The notes: generated by a model from the letters alone, not told the origin. DNA of 22,033 nucleotides from Ginkgo biloba (GCA_024626585.2 JANKJI020000002.1:21759946-21781978), one strand, 5' to 3'. Positions 9,881-21,539 are shown, counted from the first letter of the stretch. Made by a program: numbers and translations.

Positions 9881-11589
9881 TACAAGTTTTGATGGTATTT
9901 TACTCTACATAATAGATGAAATCTAAATCCATAGATATGGTTATGTTCAATACCAAGATAAATTATTATTTTATTTTAAAAATATTATATTTTATTACTT
10001 ATCTATTTATCCATTTATTTGACCTAATAATTAATTATAATAATTTTGACAACTAGATTTTACAACTTTCTAAGATCCCTAAGCCTGTAAAAAAGATCTT
10101 TAGGACCCTAGTACTTATTACTTTAAGAGTGGGCACATGTCTAAAGGGGCCTAGTTCTTTTCCATCATCATATTTTTAAGAATTTGATAGCTAAGAAAAT
10201 AATAATATTTACAAGGTTTATAAGGTATAAAATATGAATTCATATCTCATGCTAATATAATTATGAAAATCTTGCATACATTATAAACCAAATATTCTCT
10301 TACAAAGTTCTTGTTTATAGGTCACATAAACAAGAGGAAACAATAATAACCATGCATTGTAGATGAAGGAATGAGTTTGATTACTTCAACTAAATAACAT
10401 TGGTCATAGGAGAAGTCCCTGCATTAAAGCCAAAGTTATTTTTGATAATTAATTATCAAATATCTAACAAATAAATTGGCCTCAATAAAAATATATGCAA
10501 AGATTAACAAAGACACAACATTTGAGCAAATTTATGGGGTAAATCTTATATGATAAATATAAAAAATGAGTACCAAAAGAGACTTAAATATTAATAGAAT
10601 CCATACCTAAAAATTTGTATCATATTGAAACACATGAACATACTAAAATCCAAGGAACATATTAGAAATGTTGAGCTTCATACTAAAAAAGTGAACAATT
10701 TTACTATATTAGAAGTGAAAGCAAACTAGCGGACTTTATTGGAATTATTTGAGTATATTATGGCATGTATTTTATGATTTACAAGAGTGCAAGAGCATAA
10801 TATATGCAACTTCTTTACATAACATGTAACTTGAAATTGTAGAACATCTTATTAGAGATAAGTACCAATTCTAATTCAATTATTGCTAAGATGAAGACCT
10901 TAAAAAAAATTTAGATTAACAAGGTTGCTATGTTAGGAAGCATCAATTTCTAACCCCTAGTCAATATCTTAATTCAAAATCCGTAGGTACAGTCAGTAGT
11001 CCATAGACCTATATATAATAGTTAGTAGAATTAACATCCTAAATTCTCTCCTCTACTCGGCGTCTTCCACTTAAAAATTAAAATCTTAGATTTCCTACCG
11101 ACGATCCTTCATATGGGAAAGTTCATGAAAAACATGAATACCAATTGTGGATGAGTTTTTCACTATATCTTTAAGTTTTCCCACCTCCTACTACAAATTT
11201 TGACCTATGGACTCAATTTCCCCCAACCTTGCATCTAATATTTTAGTGATTTATCGAGCCAAGATTTTCTTTTTAGATGTTTCTCTTTTCTCGGTGAGAA
11301 CTTAGCTCTTGAGAAGCACCCTAGTCAATCTGGCCTCCCTCCTCTTATCTCTCCTTCTTGACATTGTGTGGAATTTGAAACTACATGGTTAAAACTCTAT
11401 AAATCTTCTACTTCTCTCAATCACTATGAAAGGATCCCTAGGTTGATGGATTTAAGCTAAGTCCTCACCTCCCCTGAGCTTATATCACTTTCAGTTCCCA
11501 CATCCACCACTTCAGCTAATAATTATTCTCATACTAGATGAGTGACATTCATATGGATTGGCCATGATTATAAATTAATCGACTTTCCC

Positions 11590-12000
11590 TTTCCCAATTT
11601 GGTACCCAAATTTTCTAAGGCATTTGTCAAAACATTAACCTTTCATAGAATGTGGTGGAGGGAGGTTCTTTAGAAGGCCTTTAAGTGATTAATTACTTCC
11701 TATATTAAATATTAAAGCATCAAAGACTAAAAAACCCATGCCTAATTTAGGTGGTTAATAATAAGGCTTGAGTCCCCCCTTAGGATAAGAGATTTCACCT
11801 CAATTTCTTGAGCAATGTTCATGCCTGTAATAACTGCCTTAAACTCCACTAGATTGTTGGATCTTTCCCTTAGACCTTGAGCAAAGCATTTGACTAAACA
11901 AGATCTCAGATTGTACATCCATCCTCTTGCCCCTACAACCCCTAGATTTTGCTTCGATGCCCCATTAAAGTTAAGCATTACTTTGAAGGTGTCCATTGGG
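11590..12000 (-). pseudogene. RNase H domain (RVT_3-like) of the LINE
   Basis: FNGAS (D>N), NNLVEF, RGDS, and after a frameshift HIL*KVNVLTNAL (resembles HIxRExNxxADxLA, D>N). Confidence 0.88.
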
Positions 12001-13755
12001 AATTTCACCCTTTTTCTTGTCTTTAAAGTAATTGCATGTCCTTTAACGGGATTATGTGACCATTCCAACAAATTCTAATTCTTCAGCACATGTATCTTTA
12101 TCTTCGGGATTGGGGTTCTCCAAGTGTTAGGACTTCTTGTTTTGATTATTTCTTCCACTAAGTTCTTAATCTTGGCGATTAGTCTATTCATGTTTGTCGG
12201 TTGGTTATCAAAGATTACTAAATTTCTGTGTGTCCAGATATTCCAACTTGTAAAGGGTGGGATTAACTTCCATATTTTCCTTCCCAATCCATCTTGAGAA
12301 AGCGAAGATGGGGTATTTCTCTACGACTCAACAAGTAGGTCTTTCTAGCATGAGGGAAGGCTCCAACTACTCAAATTGATTCCCATTAGGGTTAGGACTT
12401 CTTTCCAAACTGTAATTGCCAATGGATAATGTATGAAGAGCAGTGTAATACTTTCCCCTTGCTTTAAGCAATGAACACATCTACTAGGACCATATATGCC
12501 TTTCTTTATTAAGTTGTCTTGGGTTAGAATTCTTCCTTTGACCGTGATCCAGTTAAAGCAAGACACTTTCAACTAGCACATGGGATTCCAAATGTGGGTC
12601 CATAAGTGCTTGGGAATTTGGTTTGGGTTTGGGAGTTTCGATTCAAGGATATTATAGCCCAATCTGACAAGGAATTCTCCATTTCTTCTGTTTGGGGTCC
12701 AAATAATTTTATCTTATTTTTCTAATAAACACACTTCCCTACTGGCCAGGATTTTTTATTCCCTTCCTTCTTGATCTTCTACTATCCATTATGCTTTATT
12801 CCTATAGACTATCCTCCCTAATTCCTGATCTTATAATTAATCTTTAACTTTGGACTACCCAACCTATAGGTAGATTTTTCTAATATTCCTTAGGTCTTCC
12901 TAGTATTAGAGGGATTCATCATTATTCTAGGATCCATCCTAAAAGGGGGTAGAGGCACCATTATTATTTTCCAAGTTAGGCCACTGTCAACTAGATATTT
13001 TCCTCTAAGCATGTTTTTCCATATGCTTATTCCTGATGAAGCTAAGTTTATTCTTAAAAATTCTTCTTAAGGGATGTCCTTGCAATTCTTTATGAGGATA
13101 ACCTATTTCCAATAATATTAAGGTCTTATGATTAGTCTCTANNNNNNNNNNNNNNNNNNNNNNNNNNNNNNNNNNNNNNNNNNNNNNNNNNNNNNNNNNN
13201 NNNNGGGGTAAGATCTTCCAACCAATTTACTAGGTCAATTTTTTTTTCCATTTTTGGTCCTTTCTAGAGGAAATTCTTCATTGATTTCTATAAAGGGTTT
13301 AAAATTGCCTTTAGGGATGCCAATATAGAGTAGGTGAATATAGGTATGGAGGACAAGACTGGATTAAGGAATTAGACTCTTCCACCTAAGGTTATCCATA
13401 TAAAACACCACCCTTCCATACATTGATTGTACTTATTTATCATCCCCATAAAAACCCCATTTTTTGTGTACATGGGGAAATTGGATTCCCTAAGTAATTT
13501 AGCGGGAAAAGACATTTCCCAAAGCCAAATATTCTACAGATATTTATGGGAACCTTCCACCATAAAAACTTAGGATTTAGACAATTTTATTAAGATTTCT
13601 AAGGCCTTAAGGGAGGAGTTTAGTTATTTTTTTGTCCTTCCATCTTCCTTCAAATTTATACCATTTAGGATTATTAAATCATCTACAAATTGAAGGTGAG
13701 AAATATTTTTTACCCTAGGTTATATTAGGATACCTTTAATTTCCCCTCTCGGATT
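11590..13755 (-). mobile_element. Plant L1-type LINE ORF2 (RT C-terminal half, zf-RVT, RNase H), decayed
   Basis: GEIKGI...ISHLQFVDD (13678-13701; the FADD box), FPLNYLG, TLGGRV*FLNPVLSSIPIF, zf-RVT KVSCFNW...RILTQDNLIKKG..GPSRCVHC...LF, SWNIWTHRNLVIFD, RNase H LNFNGASKQNLG...SNNLVEF...GDSSLIIN...HIL*KVNVLTNAL. Confidence 0.95.
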
Positions 13756-13915
13756 CAAAATGGATTATATTCATTTATAACATATTTTTATAGTTTTGAA
13801 ATAGATCTATATAGTNNNNNNNNNNNNNNNNNNNNNNNNNNNNNNNNNNNNNNNNNNNNNNNNNNNNNNNNNNNNNNNNNNNNNNNNNNNNNNNNNNNNN
13901 NNNNNNNNNNNNNNN

Positions 13916-14159
13916 GCCCACTCAAGCAGGGTTTTTTTCGATGGCCACAGCCCCAGAAAATGATAAATCAGACCCGAATCTTTTAACTGGCCCACCTCCT
14001 CTCAGACATCTTTTGCCAAAAATTCCACTTCTAGAATCCCCAGGGTACGTTCCAGACAACCATTTACCTTTGGTCGAGGGGGAACCTTCGGATGAAAAGA
14101 TTTACTGATAAAGGATTCTAAAGAAAGAAGGGACCCCTTACCTCCCAAAAGTTTATCCT
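13916..14159 (-). pseudogene. LINE ORF1 N-terminal fragment (DUF4283-like)
   Basis: EEVGQLKDSGLIYHFLGLWPSKKTLLEW resembles the plant ORF1 LIxxFxGxWPxxxxLxxW pattern. Same strand as and upstream of ORF2, but flanked by gaps on both sides, so it may belong to another copy. Confidence 0.72.
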
Positions 14160-14268
14160 NNNNNNNNNNNNNNNNNNNNNNNNNNNNNNNNNNNNNNNNN
14201 NNNNNNNNNNNNNNNNNNNNNNNNNNNNNNNNNNNNNNNNNNNNNNNNNNNNNNNNNNNNNNNNNNNN

Positions 14269-15234
14269 CTTAGTCTTTTGGTGTCAAATTAAATTCTTAT
14301 CACCATGAATGTCATTGCTTATCTCTAAACATTATCAATATTTATACTTTCTTGATTTAAAGTGAGACCTTGTGACTTATAAATTGTTAAATAACATACT
14401 AGTCACAAAGGTGATTTCCATCTATGTCCTTGAGAAACAGGTGGATTGGAACCACTCTAGGTTTGATTAGATCCAATGCAACACTAATGTACTTATTGAA
14501 TTCTAAAAAAATATAAGTTAGAGGAGAGGGAGCCATGACATCAAGGTTATATATAGTTTATCAAATAGAACTAAGTGTCCCATTGATGAGACCTACATCA
14601 ATCCAAAAATTTAAGGTAAGCATGGACCAACAGTTATCAACACATCAAACTCTAATTAATCATCATATACTACAACTATATGTGAGTTACATATTGTTAT
14701 TTTATCAATTATACTTAATGAAATTAGAAAATTAAAAGACTTTAAATGATATCAATTATATTCATTAATAGAGGTATTTGTATTATATAAACAAAGCATA
14801 TTATCAAATATTAATATCTCCTATTGTTATAAGAAATTATTTGTATGCAATATAACAAGTTCCCAATATTTAATAGTTAGTACATGTTATTTATTAGATT
14901 GTTCAATAATATATGAAATCTTAATTGATTTAGGTTACTCCCTTATTGATGAAATACTATATCTAATGTGACAACACAAGAAAACTGTATCTATAGAATT
15001 TTTTCCATACTCTTTATTGCATATAAATGTGTGTCCATAATATGTGATAGTTGACCCAAGTCTCCAATGAGTGTCATTGATCTTCCACTAAAGTATAGGT
15101 GTTTTTTGTTGAGAGAAGGATTCTTAAATATTAACATTAACCTTGGTATACTAAAATTCATTTCATTGATCATGATATAACTAACATAGAAGATATCCTC
15201 TTGGAAGCTCAAGTGTTGACATCCTTTCAATTCT
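14269..15234 (-). pseudogene. PIF1-family (SF1B) helicase of RepHel
   Basis: Walker B YIMINEM (15159-15176, resembles YILIDEM). Motif III FSGRSMTLIGDLGQL (GDLGQL at 15048-15065). VVTLDIVFHQ (resembles LxxVFRQ). MLTLNFWIDVGLING (NFWIDVGLING at ~14579-14611). YIFLEFNKY...VVPI. Motif V TIYKSQGLTL (14358-14387), then INIDNV*R*AMTFMVI. Walker A is expected in the gap at 15235-15567. Confidence 0.93.
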
Positions 15235-15567
15235 NNNNNNNNNNNNNNNNNNNNNNNNNNNNNNNNNNNNNNNNNNNNNNNNNNNNNNNNNNNNNNNNNN
15301 NNNNNNNNNNNNNNNNNNNNNNNNNNNNNNNNNNNNNNNNNNNNNNNNNNNNNNNNNNNNNNNNNNNNNNNNNNNNNNNNNNNNNNNNNNNNNNNNNNNN
15401 NNNNNNNNNNNNNNNNNNNNNNNNNNNNNNNNNNNNNNNNNNNNNNNNNNNNNNNNNNNNNNNNNNNNNNNNNNNNNNNNNNNNNNNNNNNNNNNNNNNN
15501 NNNNNNNNNNNNNNNNNNNNNNNNNNNNNNNNNNNNNNNNNNNNNNNNNNNNNNNNNNNNNNNNNNN

Positions 15568-16600
15568 GTATGGCATGCCATATTATATCTACACATTCAT
15601 ATTCTAAATTAAAATTTTGATTGACATTAAAGTATCATTAACTTAATATATTTGCATCACTAAATGATATACATCAAGAAGGTATTGAATCACAAATAAT
15701 TTCCCATTCATTTTATTCTTGAATATCTATAGTGATGTCCTTATCATATTCATTATCATCATTAGTGAATTCATTTTCTCAAGATGTGTAGTTAACATGC
15801 CATATGTGGTACTATCAATTTTTTAATAATTTTTTATTTTTAGAGTACTATATCTATTAAGAAATTACAAAATGGTATATATAATATGAGTGTAAGACAA
15901 TATAACTCTTTAAAATATTTGGATTCTTTAGATCAAATTAAAGCCAAACATAAATAATAGCTTATTTTTCTCTCAATTTCCATAGTTCTCCCTTTCAAAG
16001 TGGATTATAACTTCAAGATCATATAAATTATATGGGATTAAGATGTTCTAATTAGCATGGTCTATTAATGTATGCATTAATTATGCCACTACCACTGAGA
16101 AGAAAACTTGAATATGTTTAAATTATTTTAAATACCTCTTGATCAATATACTTACAATAAAAATACAACTAGACTCAGCCAAAGGAAGACCCAATAATAG
16201 ATGGAATGTTTCTTTTGTTCCTAATTGTTTTATAAATAAACTATATATATGCACATGTAACAGGTTCAATATGCTTATTTATGCTATCCACTAGAAGAAT
16301 CATGGTGTGATATATTTTCTATTCATTTTTTTATTTGGAAATGTATGATTTCTCTATGTATTTTAGAGCAATACTAGAGTCATTTATTGTTGATCTATAT
16401 TATCTCTCCACATTGTCAAAGTATTTTAATTATGTGCATTTACCCTATCATCATTTTTTTATGGTTTGTATTTTTTAGAATGATGTACACTAATATATAT
16501 TACAAATTCATTTCTTAATTCCCAAGAAGAATCATATCTATAAACTAATAGTTATACTTTATTATGGATACAAGATCCTTCAATACATATTATATGTAAT
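15568..16600 (-). pseudogene. HUH Rep C-terminal region (Y2 motif) and Rep-helicase linker
   Basis: YKP*KNDDRVNAHN*NTLTMWRDNIDQQ (~16388-16470), LKYIEKSYISK (KYIEKSYISK at 16334-16363), GTKETFHLLLGLPLAESS (16168-16221), AYINRP, LILYIPF. These match RNDxxxNxHN...WRANxDxQ...YIAKYxSKxE...AQExCHLLLxLPL...S. Confidence 0.85.
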
Positions 16601-17091
16601 CTATCATGGGTCCATCATGAATAATGTTGATAAATGTTTACCTAGCATTAGTGAAGATTTATGACATCATAAATGACAAATGACGGGTGGAAGCATCACT
16701 TGACCACTTTTCCTTTATATTTTGGAAATGCATTTCATTGAAAATGTTGTTTTTGTCCCTTCAATGGCATAGAAGTCATACTTACTTTATGAATTTCAAC
16801 TCGAGATTAAAATATGAAACATTATATTTATCAAAAATTTTCTAAATATATAATTTTAAAAAAAGAATCTTATCATTTGCTCAAAATTTTATTGTACAGA
16901 AAAAAAAGTCGTGTTAAATTTTATCATAAAATACACCCCTAGAGTAGTGACATTGTTTACCCCATTCAATATTAACATTTTTAGCNNNNNNNNNNNNNNN
17001 NNNNNNNNNNNNNNNNNNNNNNNNNNNNNNNNNNNNNNNNNNNNNNNNNNNNNNNNNNNNNNNNNNNNNNNNNNNNNNNNNNNNNGATTCC

Positions 17092-17357
17092 TAGGTTCAT
17101 AACTCCATTATAGCTCGATCAAGTTATTAATGTCCTCAATATAGATTTAGTCCATGAGTCAAAAATAACTAAATCGAGCTATGAATATCCTCAATAGATC
17201 TTGGTCCATGAGTCCAAAATAGCTCGATCGAGCATAGGTTCTTATCTTTAGATAGCTTGATCGAGGTATTGACAACTATATTGATCAAGGTTAGTGATGT
17301 AGGTTCAATTTTTGTACATAGCTTGATTGAGGTATTCAAAATACCTCGATTGAGGTG
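17092..17357. repeat. Array of 7 degenerate copies of palindrome TAGCTCGATCGAGCTA, partly within ~55-bp tandem units
   Basis: Copies start at 17111, 17166, 17220, 17253, 17277, 17319 and 17342. The first two units also share tcctcaat...tagat...gtccatgagtc.aaaa. Confidence 0.85.
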
Positions 17358-17879
17358 GTTTTGCTAGAATTATGGCATGTAAGATTTTCTAAAAATATTG
17401 TTAGGTGATCTTGCAACCACCCTAGAACACAATCATATTAATCATAAAGTATCTTCATCATCGATTATTTTAAGAGTAATGGTATTAAAATTATATAAAA
17501 TGATCAGTAAACTTATATAAATAGACTCATTTAGTATGTNNNNNNNNNNNNNNNNNNNNNNNNNNNNNNNNNNNNNNNNNNNNNNNNNNNNNNNNNNNNN
17601 NNNNNNNNNNNNNNNNNNNNNNNNNNAACCTGATTTTGGCTAGTCGACAACTTCCCCTATAGGTTATACATAATTTTAAATATATAACTAATCTAGTCAA
17701 GATCACATAATATGTTTGGCTGCCTGCATATAAAATATGGAGGATGATGAAGGATGCAGACACGTTCACTAACATAATTAGAAATAACTTTTAATATTCC
17801 ATCCCTTATATCTCCAACATCTAATTTAATTATTGAAATTTTATTGTAGGTTTTAGTTTGATATTTAGTCTGAATTAGC

Positions 17880-18400
17880 AATGCATTATCTTCAATTTCG
17901 ACCTCATTATAGTATTCTTCATATTATATTTTATAAAGCAGGGGTATTCAAAACTTGTGACCACTTAATGATTCAATCATAGTTTATTCTCACATCTCCT
18001 TTACTTTGAATAATTAATATAACCAAATTTTTAACATGTCATGGAAAGGATATTACAATGTTATTAATGTCTTATAGGAAATTAATTGTATGAACTCTTA
18101 ATTTGCATTTCCTATTGATAGCATATGACACCTAAATAATTAGGCTAACTTAAGTAAATAACATTTCTTTTACTTATATCAAATTTTTTAAGACATATGG
18201 CTACTCACATAGATCCATATTATTTCATATCAAGAGTTTTCCCCTCCTTTTTGGAATTATAAAAAGCATATTTCATATAACCTATTAATACTTTGAAAAA
18301 CCTCCATGCCTATATATGACTCATGGAAGATAGGATACATTTGAATAATTGATAGTTGATCCATTTTAGTATGGAATGCATGACATGTAGCTATTAATAT
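17880..18400 (-). pseudogene. DUF6570-like N-terminal domain of HLE2 RepHel
   Basis: NNMDLCE*PYVLKNLI*VKEML...VHTINFL*DINNIVISFP*HVKNL...YYNEVEIEDNAL resembles NNMDPGxxPxxLxxLTxVEEMLIA...GHxINFPQD...LPR...YYxDVxID. Confidence 0.75.
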
Positions 18401-19729
18401 ATCATCCATATGACCAAGAATTCATAAAGAAATGTCATAACCATCTCGAGCATTATAATAACTCTAGATAGTGTATTGATTATGTATGTGCTTCGTCATG
18501 GTGAATTAGTGAATTGTATTAAATGGATTAANNNNNNNNNNNNNNNNNNNNNNNNNNNNNNNNNNNNNNNNNNNNNNNNNNNNNNNNNNNNNNNNNNNNN
18601 NNNNNNNNNNNNNNNNNNNNNNNNNNNNNNNNNNNNNNNNNNNNNNNNNNNNNNNNNNNNNNNNNNNNNNNNNNNNNNNNNNNNNNNNNNNNNNNNNNNN
18701 NNNNNNNNNNNNNNNNNNNNNNNNNNNNNNNNNNNNNNNNNNNNNNNNNNNNNNNNNNNNNNNNNNNNNNNNNNNNNNNNNNNNNNNNNNNNNNNNNNNN
18801 NNNNNNNNNNNNNNNNNNNNNNNNNNNNNNNNNNNNNNNNNNNNNNNNNNNNNNNNNNNNNNNNNNNNNNNNNNNNNNNNNNNNNNNNNNNNNNNNNNNN
18901 NNNNNNNNNNNNNNNNNNNNNNNNNNNNNNNNNNNNNNNNNNNNNNNNNNNNNNNNNNNNNNNNNNNAACAATATTCAAATATTTCTTAAAGACACATTA
19001 TCTTCTTATGTACATTATTTTATATAGTCAATTTAATTTTGTTCTTAGATCATTCTATTTTATCTAATTCATTTGGGTCCTATATTTATTTTAGCAATTC
19101 TTGTTGGTGAAATATTTGTTGTTATTTAGTATGCTATATTATAATGTCATCATTTATTGGAGTAAGATCATTATGAGGTATACATAATAGTCAATTATCA
19201 TTATTTATATCCCCATCAATAAGTCAATTTCTCATTTGATGTGTTTCTTCCTTAATTATTTATCAATTATAAAGAATATCCATTACATATTCAATCTCAT
19301 CCTCAATGTTAAATGTTGTATTTCTTTAGAGGTTCTAATTATATAATATAGGATTCAATTCTGTATCACCATGCATATAATGGTAGGCTTCACATATATA
19401 TCTATTCTTCTATACTAATTACTTAGTTCTTTTTATTATCTCTATCTTAGATATTGTGCATGTGTTTGTTGTCTTAAATCATCGATCTCTATAACAAGTA
19501 TCTTCATCTTACTTTATGATTCTTAGAACAACATTTTTCATTTGAATACAACATCTGCATCATGTAACGAGTGAATGGAATTTTGTATATTTTTGAATGG
19601 TATGAATAATATAGATATTAAAATTTAATTTGACAATCCATAGTATGAAATTGATTTTTACTTAGAACTAACTAATAATTTATAGTGACATCAAATTAAA
19701 TTTACATGTTTGTTACATGATATATTTTA

Positions 19730-19936
19730 CTATAACCTATATTAGGTATGAAACAATGGACACACAAATTTTTATAGCACATAAAAAATACAACACATAC
19801 AAAAACTCATTATAAAAACTAAAATATATCACTAGTTAGAAACAAGAATGGTTTCTATACAATACAATAGTCCTTTTCATATAGTATTGACAAAGTATTA
19901 TTCCATTCTCTACAACCTATATTAGATATGAAATAA
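19730..19936. repeat. 27-bp direct repeat pair, 180 bp apart
   Basis: ctataacctatattaggtatgaaacaa (19730-19756) versus ctacaacctatattagatatgaaataa (19910-19936); three transitions. Confidence 0.7.
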
Positions 19937-21247
19937 CATTTAAAATATTTTTCCTTTGTTATAATAATGGTGACATCTAATTTTTCACTTAAGGGCATCT
20001 CTCTGATGTTTCTTCCATTCAATGTTTTCTATTATATATTCTTATTAGTGTCATTCACGTTCTAAGGTGCAATAATTCATATTTTAATTAATTATTCAAA
20101 TAATGTATGATAACATATATAACCTCTCTTACTATTTGAATCACAGTCTTTAGGTCCATATATATTGTATTTATAAAACATTTTTATAAAGAATGAGAAT
20201 AATTAGCATAATGAGATAGGAATACTACCAATTCTAATATAATATCAATTCATACAATGTGTATAAGGATAAAATCATAATCATCATTATATAATACATT
20301 CTAGATATATCCATTATGTGAACAATATTCTAGTTCACATTTTTTTTATTGATGGAACATATCTATAAACAACAACATATTCAATGTATTATAATCATGG
20401 GATAATTTTTGTATAAATTATATTCTAAATCTTCATTACATGATAGATTTTATACACTTCTTATGTTATTATAGGCATGATTTTAAATCAATACATTATA
20501 TGATATTTTATAGATTACATTACAGTATTAATTTCTATGTTANNNNNNNNNNNNNNNNNNNNNNNNNNNNNNNNNNNNNNNNNNNNNNNNNNNNNNNNNN
20601 NNNNNNNNNNNNNNNNNNNNNNNNNNNNNNNNNNNNNNNNNNGACAGCTCTCGAGTCTCCAAAAGGCTCATGGCCTGTCGACTCCCTCGACACCCACTCA
20701 CTCGGGTAGCTGTTACTCTACTCTATTCCACTTTGTATTTTAATTGCTCCAAAATTTGGTAGCGTTCTAGCGCTCTGAATCCAATCACCTCCTTAAGACT
20801 CTATGTGAGGTCTATTTATAGTTGTTGATGCAATGGATATGCGTCCCTGCTTCCAAACATATCCTTTGGCTCTAATAGATCAGTTTGGTGCACATTTACT
20901 CCCGTAACGGCTCTGCCATTTATTCTCTCAATGGTTTTGAACCTATCTCAGTGCAATGGCTCACTCCCTGAACTACACCTTCACCTTTGTCGATTTGCAC
21001 TTTCTATCATTAATGTCTGCATGGCCACCTTNNNNNNNNNNNNNNNNNNNNNNNNNNNNNNNNNNNNNNNNNNNNNNNNNNNNNNNNNNNNNNNNNNNNN
21101 NNNNNNNNNNNNNNNNNNNNNNNNNNNNNNNNNNNNNNNNNNNNGCCATCTATATGAACAATGTGTCGATTTCCATCAACGATGTCAGTTATCTATTCCC
21201 CGATGGGTGTTAGTACCTTCTTCTTCGACAAGGTCAGTCAGCTTCCC

Positions 21248-21287
21248 ACTGACGGCGTCGGTCCTCATGGACACCGACGAAGTCAGT
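21248..21287. other. GC-rich imperfect inverted repeat (stem-loop)
   Basis: actgac-gg-cgtcggt-[cctcatggac]-accgacg-aa-gtcagt: 6-bp and 7-bp perfect stems separated by a 2x2 internal loop. Confidence 0.8.
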
Positions 21288-21539
21288 CCTCTCCTATCCG
21301 ACATCAAACCATCTCTGTTACTGATGTCGTCCGCCCGGCCCTTCAGACGTCCGATGCTCCTGCATCAGAAAATAAAACAATAATTTAACCAACTCTCACT
21401 ACAAAATAGTATTTCTTGAGAGGAAGTCTAGTGTATACAATTTTCCAATATTGGACATACGAGAAGTCAATTTCCCTTCTTAATTTTGATGATATCATCG
21501 ATCAGACTTGATGAAATAATAAGGAATAAATGTCTAATC

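Larger units (their letters stand above)
14269..18400 (-). mobile_element. Decayed Helitron-like rolling-circle transposon, Helitron2/Helentron (HLE2)-type RepHel
   Basis: Collinear minus-strand DUF6570-like domain (17880-18225), Rep C-terminal motifs (16168-16600), linker, and PIF1 helicase motifs II-VI (14269-15234). Interrupted by gaps and unrelated sequence at ~16620-17740. Confidence 0.85.

Noticed and set aside
10300-10900. Possible decayed plus-strand gag-like frame (KEHIRNVELH...)
   Set aside because: Too degenerate; no diagnostic motif could be recovered.
13916-14268. Helentron-type AP endonuclease fused after the helicase
   Set aside because: The helicase runs into a gap and the next sequence is LINE ORF1-like, so Helentron versus Helitron2 cannot be decided here.
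14991-15620. Long ORFs of 131-201 aa in the ORF track (also 18476-19027 and similar)
   Set aside because: Their length comes from N runs translated as X; only the helicase part of 14991-15234 is meaningful.
17092-17357. CRISPR-like array
   Set aside because: Eukaryotic context, irregular spacing, repeated spacers, degenerate 16-bp unit and no cas genes.
20757-20772. Possible PBS tggtagcgttctagcg
   Set aside because: I cannot match it to a specific tRNA 3' end, and no clear LTR end or gag follows.
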